DNA of 25,965 bases from a virus. Taxonomy: Duplodnaviria > Caudoviricetes. The stretch is from the IMG/VR virus record IMGVR_UViG_3300020045_002660, positions 1-25,965 of that record; one strand, 5' to 3'. Both the position numbers and the translations under genes were made by a program. Below are positions 25,187 through 25,965 of this stretch, piece by piece (position 1 is the stretch's first letter; each line of letters begins with the position of its first letter). Below the pieces are notes generated by a model, which saw only the letters and a program-made list of their open reading frames with translations, made no database searches and was not told the DNA's origin.

Positions 25187-25475
25187 TCTTAATAGAATTT
25201 ATTATGTTAATTATGTTTGAATTTATCTGAATCAACTTCAATTGTTTTTTGTGGAAATCGTCCCATTTATCAAAATTAATAAAAATAAACTTGAAAGCGT
25301 TCACAGTGTTTTCGATAGTGACTTCCTTCTTTTGGTTTTGATGTATCCACTTAATAATTTTTTTGAGCGCCTGACCTTCAGCCGCTGTGAAATTCGGTTC
25401 AACTCCTGTCTTTTCTTTTACAAAGTTGAAGTATATTTCAACACAAAGTTTGTATTCTGGAATTATTTTTGACAT
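25104..25475 (-). CDS. Hypothetical protein, possibly replication-associated
   Basis: 123 aa helical; overlaps the downstream gene. Confidence 0.5.
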   Translation of the reverse strand: MSKIIPEYKLCVEIYFNFVKEKTGVEPNFTAAEGQALKKIIKWIHQNQKKEVTIENTVNAFKFIFINFDKWDDFHKKQLKLIQINSNIINIINSIKNGTKSKSNQYTSAIERFVFSDSGSQNV

Positions 25476-25486
25476 GCTATTTCTGT

Positions 25487-25876
25487 TTAATAAAACTTAA
25501 CGGGCTTTAGTTTTAACCTTGATTTTGCTGCGCGCCCTTCTCCGCAAAACTCAATCAATCCGCTTTGACAATTAGAAGAACATGTCTTCAGTTGTCTGTT
25601 TTTCCCGCCGTAGTTTGTCCAAACTGAAAAGAATAAATCATTCTGAAAATCGCATGAACATACGGGACATTTTATTAATTCAATAGGCTTTTCTCCCTTT
25701 CTAACGACAACTATTTGCGTTTCAATATGCTGAACGTCTACTTGATCGCCAATTCTTTTTAAGTCTTTTTGTCTTCCGTGTCCAGCAAGTAGCTTTTGTC
25801 TTAAAATTTGCGAAATTCTTTCGGCCTCCTGAATTGGCGTCATTCCGTCTTCGATTGTTATTTTTATTTTATTCAT
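25487..25876 (-). CDS. Zinc-finger hypothetical protein
   Basis: CPVC ... TCSSNC. Confidence 0.65.
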   Translation of the reverse strand: MNKIKITIEDGMTPIQEAERISQILRQKLLAGHGRQKDLKRIGDQVDVQHIETQIVVVRKGEKPIELIKCPVCSCDFQNDLFFSVWTNYGGKNRQLKTCSSNCQSGLIEFCGEGRAAKSRLKLKPVKFY

Positions 25877-25964
25877 GGCCTTCGTCTATTACATAACCTT
25901 TCATTTTCTTTGCGCATGTGTTACCGATTGGAAACGCGCCTTGACTGTCAGCGCCAGTCAATTG
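25869..25964 (-). CDS. C-terminal fragment of a gene starting beyond the window (...QLTGADSQGAFPIGNTCAKKMKGYVIDEGHE)
   Basis: Open frame from the window edge to TAA at 25871-25869, overlapping the next start. Confidence 0.6.
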   Translation of the reverse strand, partial: QLTGADSQGAFPIGNTCAKKMKGYVIDEGHE

Positions 25965-25965
25965 A

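Noticed and set aside
1653-25472. Numerous short + strand ORFs in the track (other than 3439-3954)
   Set aside because: They are antisense shadows of well-supported - strand genes, with no motifs or initiation signals
1-25965. Impression of skewed 4-mer usage (many TCGA/GATC, few CTAG/CCGG)
   Set aside because: Cannot be quantified by eye; needs an observed/expected k-mer computation before any claim of restriction-site avoidance

Overview
A 26-kb segment of a tailed dsDNA phage or prophage, probably a siphovirus of a Bacteroidota host. The host inference rests on TAnnTTTG/TTTG promoter boxes, A-rich starts without Shine-Dalgarno sequences, and a lipoprotein with a Bacteroidota-type export signal. 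All genes but one lie on the - strand. Reading in the direction of transcription: small early/middle genes (including ASCH, winged-helix, HNH-like and a minimal M50 site-2 protease), P22-gp3-like TerS, PBSX-like TerL, tail completion/tip genes, a lipoprotein, a fibre-like protein, tape measure, a small HTH, then a ~5-kb glycosylation island (four GT-A/GT2-type enzymes, one GT4, an SDR, a SAM methyltransferase, a 52-aa membrane peptide, and an opposite-strand Maf/sialyltransferase-like gene), then ClpP-type prohead protease/scaffold, major capsid and a probable tail tube. Main points of interest: (i) the glycan island is translationally coupled to the virion genes, suggesting virion glycosylation; (ii) the capsid protein has a ~50-aa hydrophobic leader whose DNA (121 bp) is repeated exactly at 1-121, starting another gene; (iii) the phage encodes an intramembrane protease; (iv) there is a divergent promoter pair with a palindromic operator, plus leaderless promoters. 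No portal, integrase, tRNA or CRISPR was recognised. All product calls come from motif reading, not database searches.
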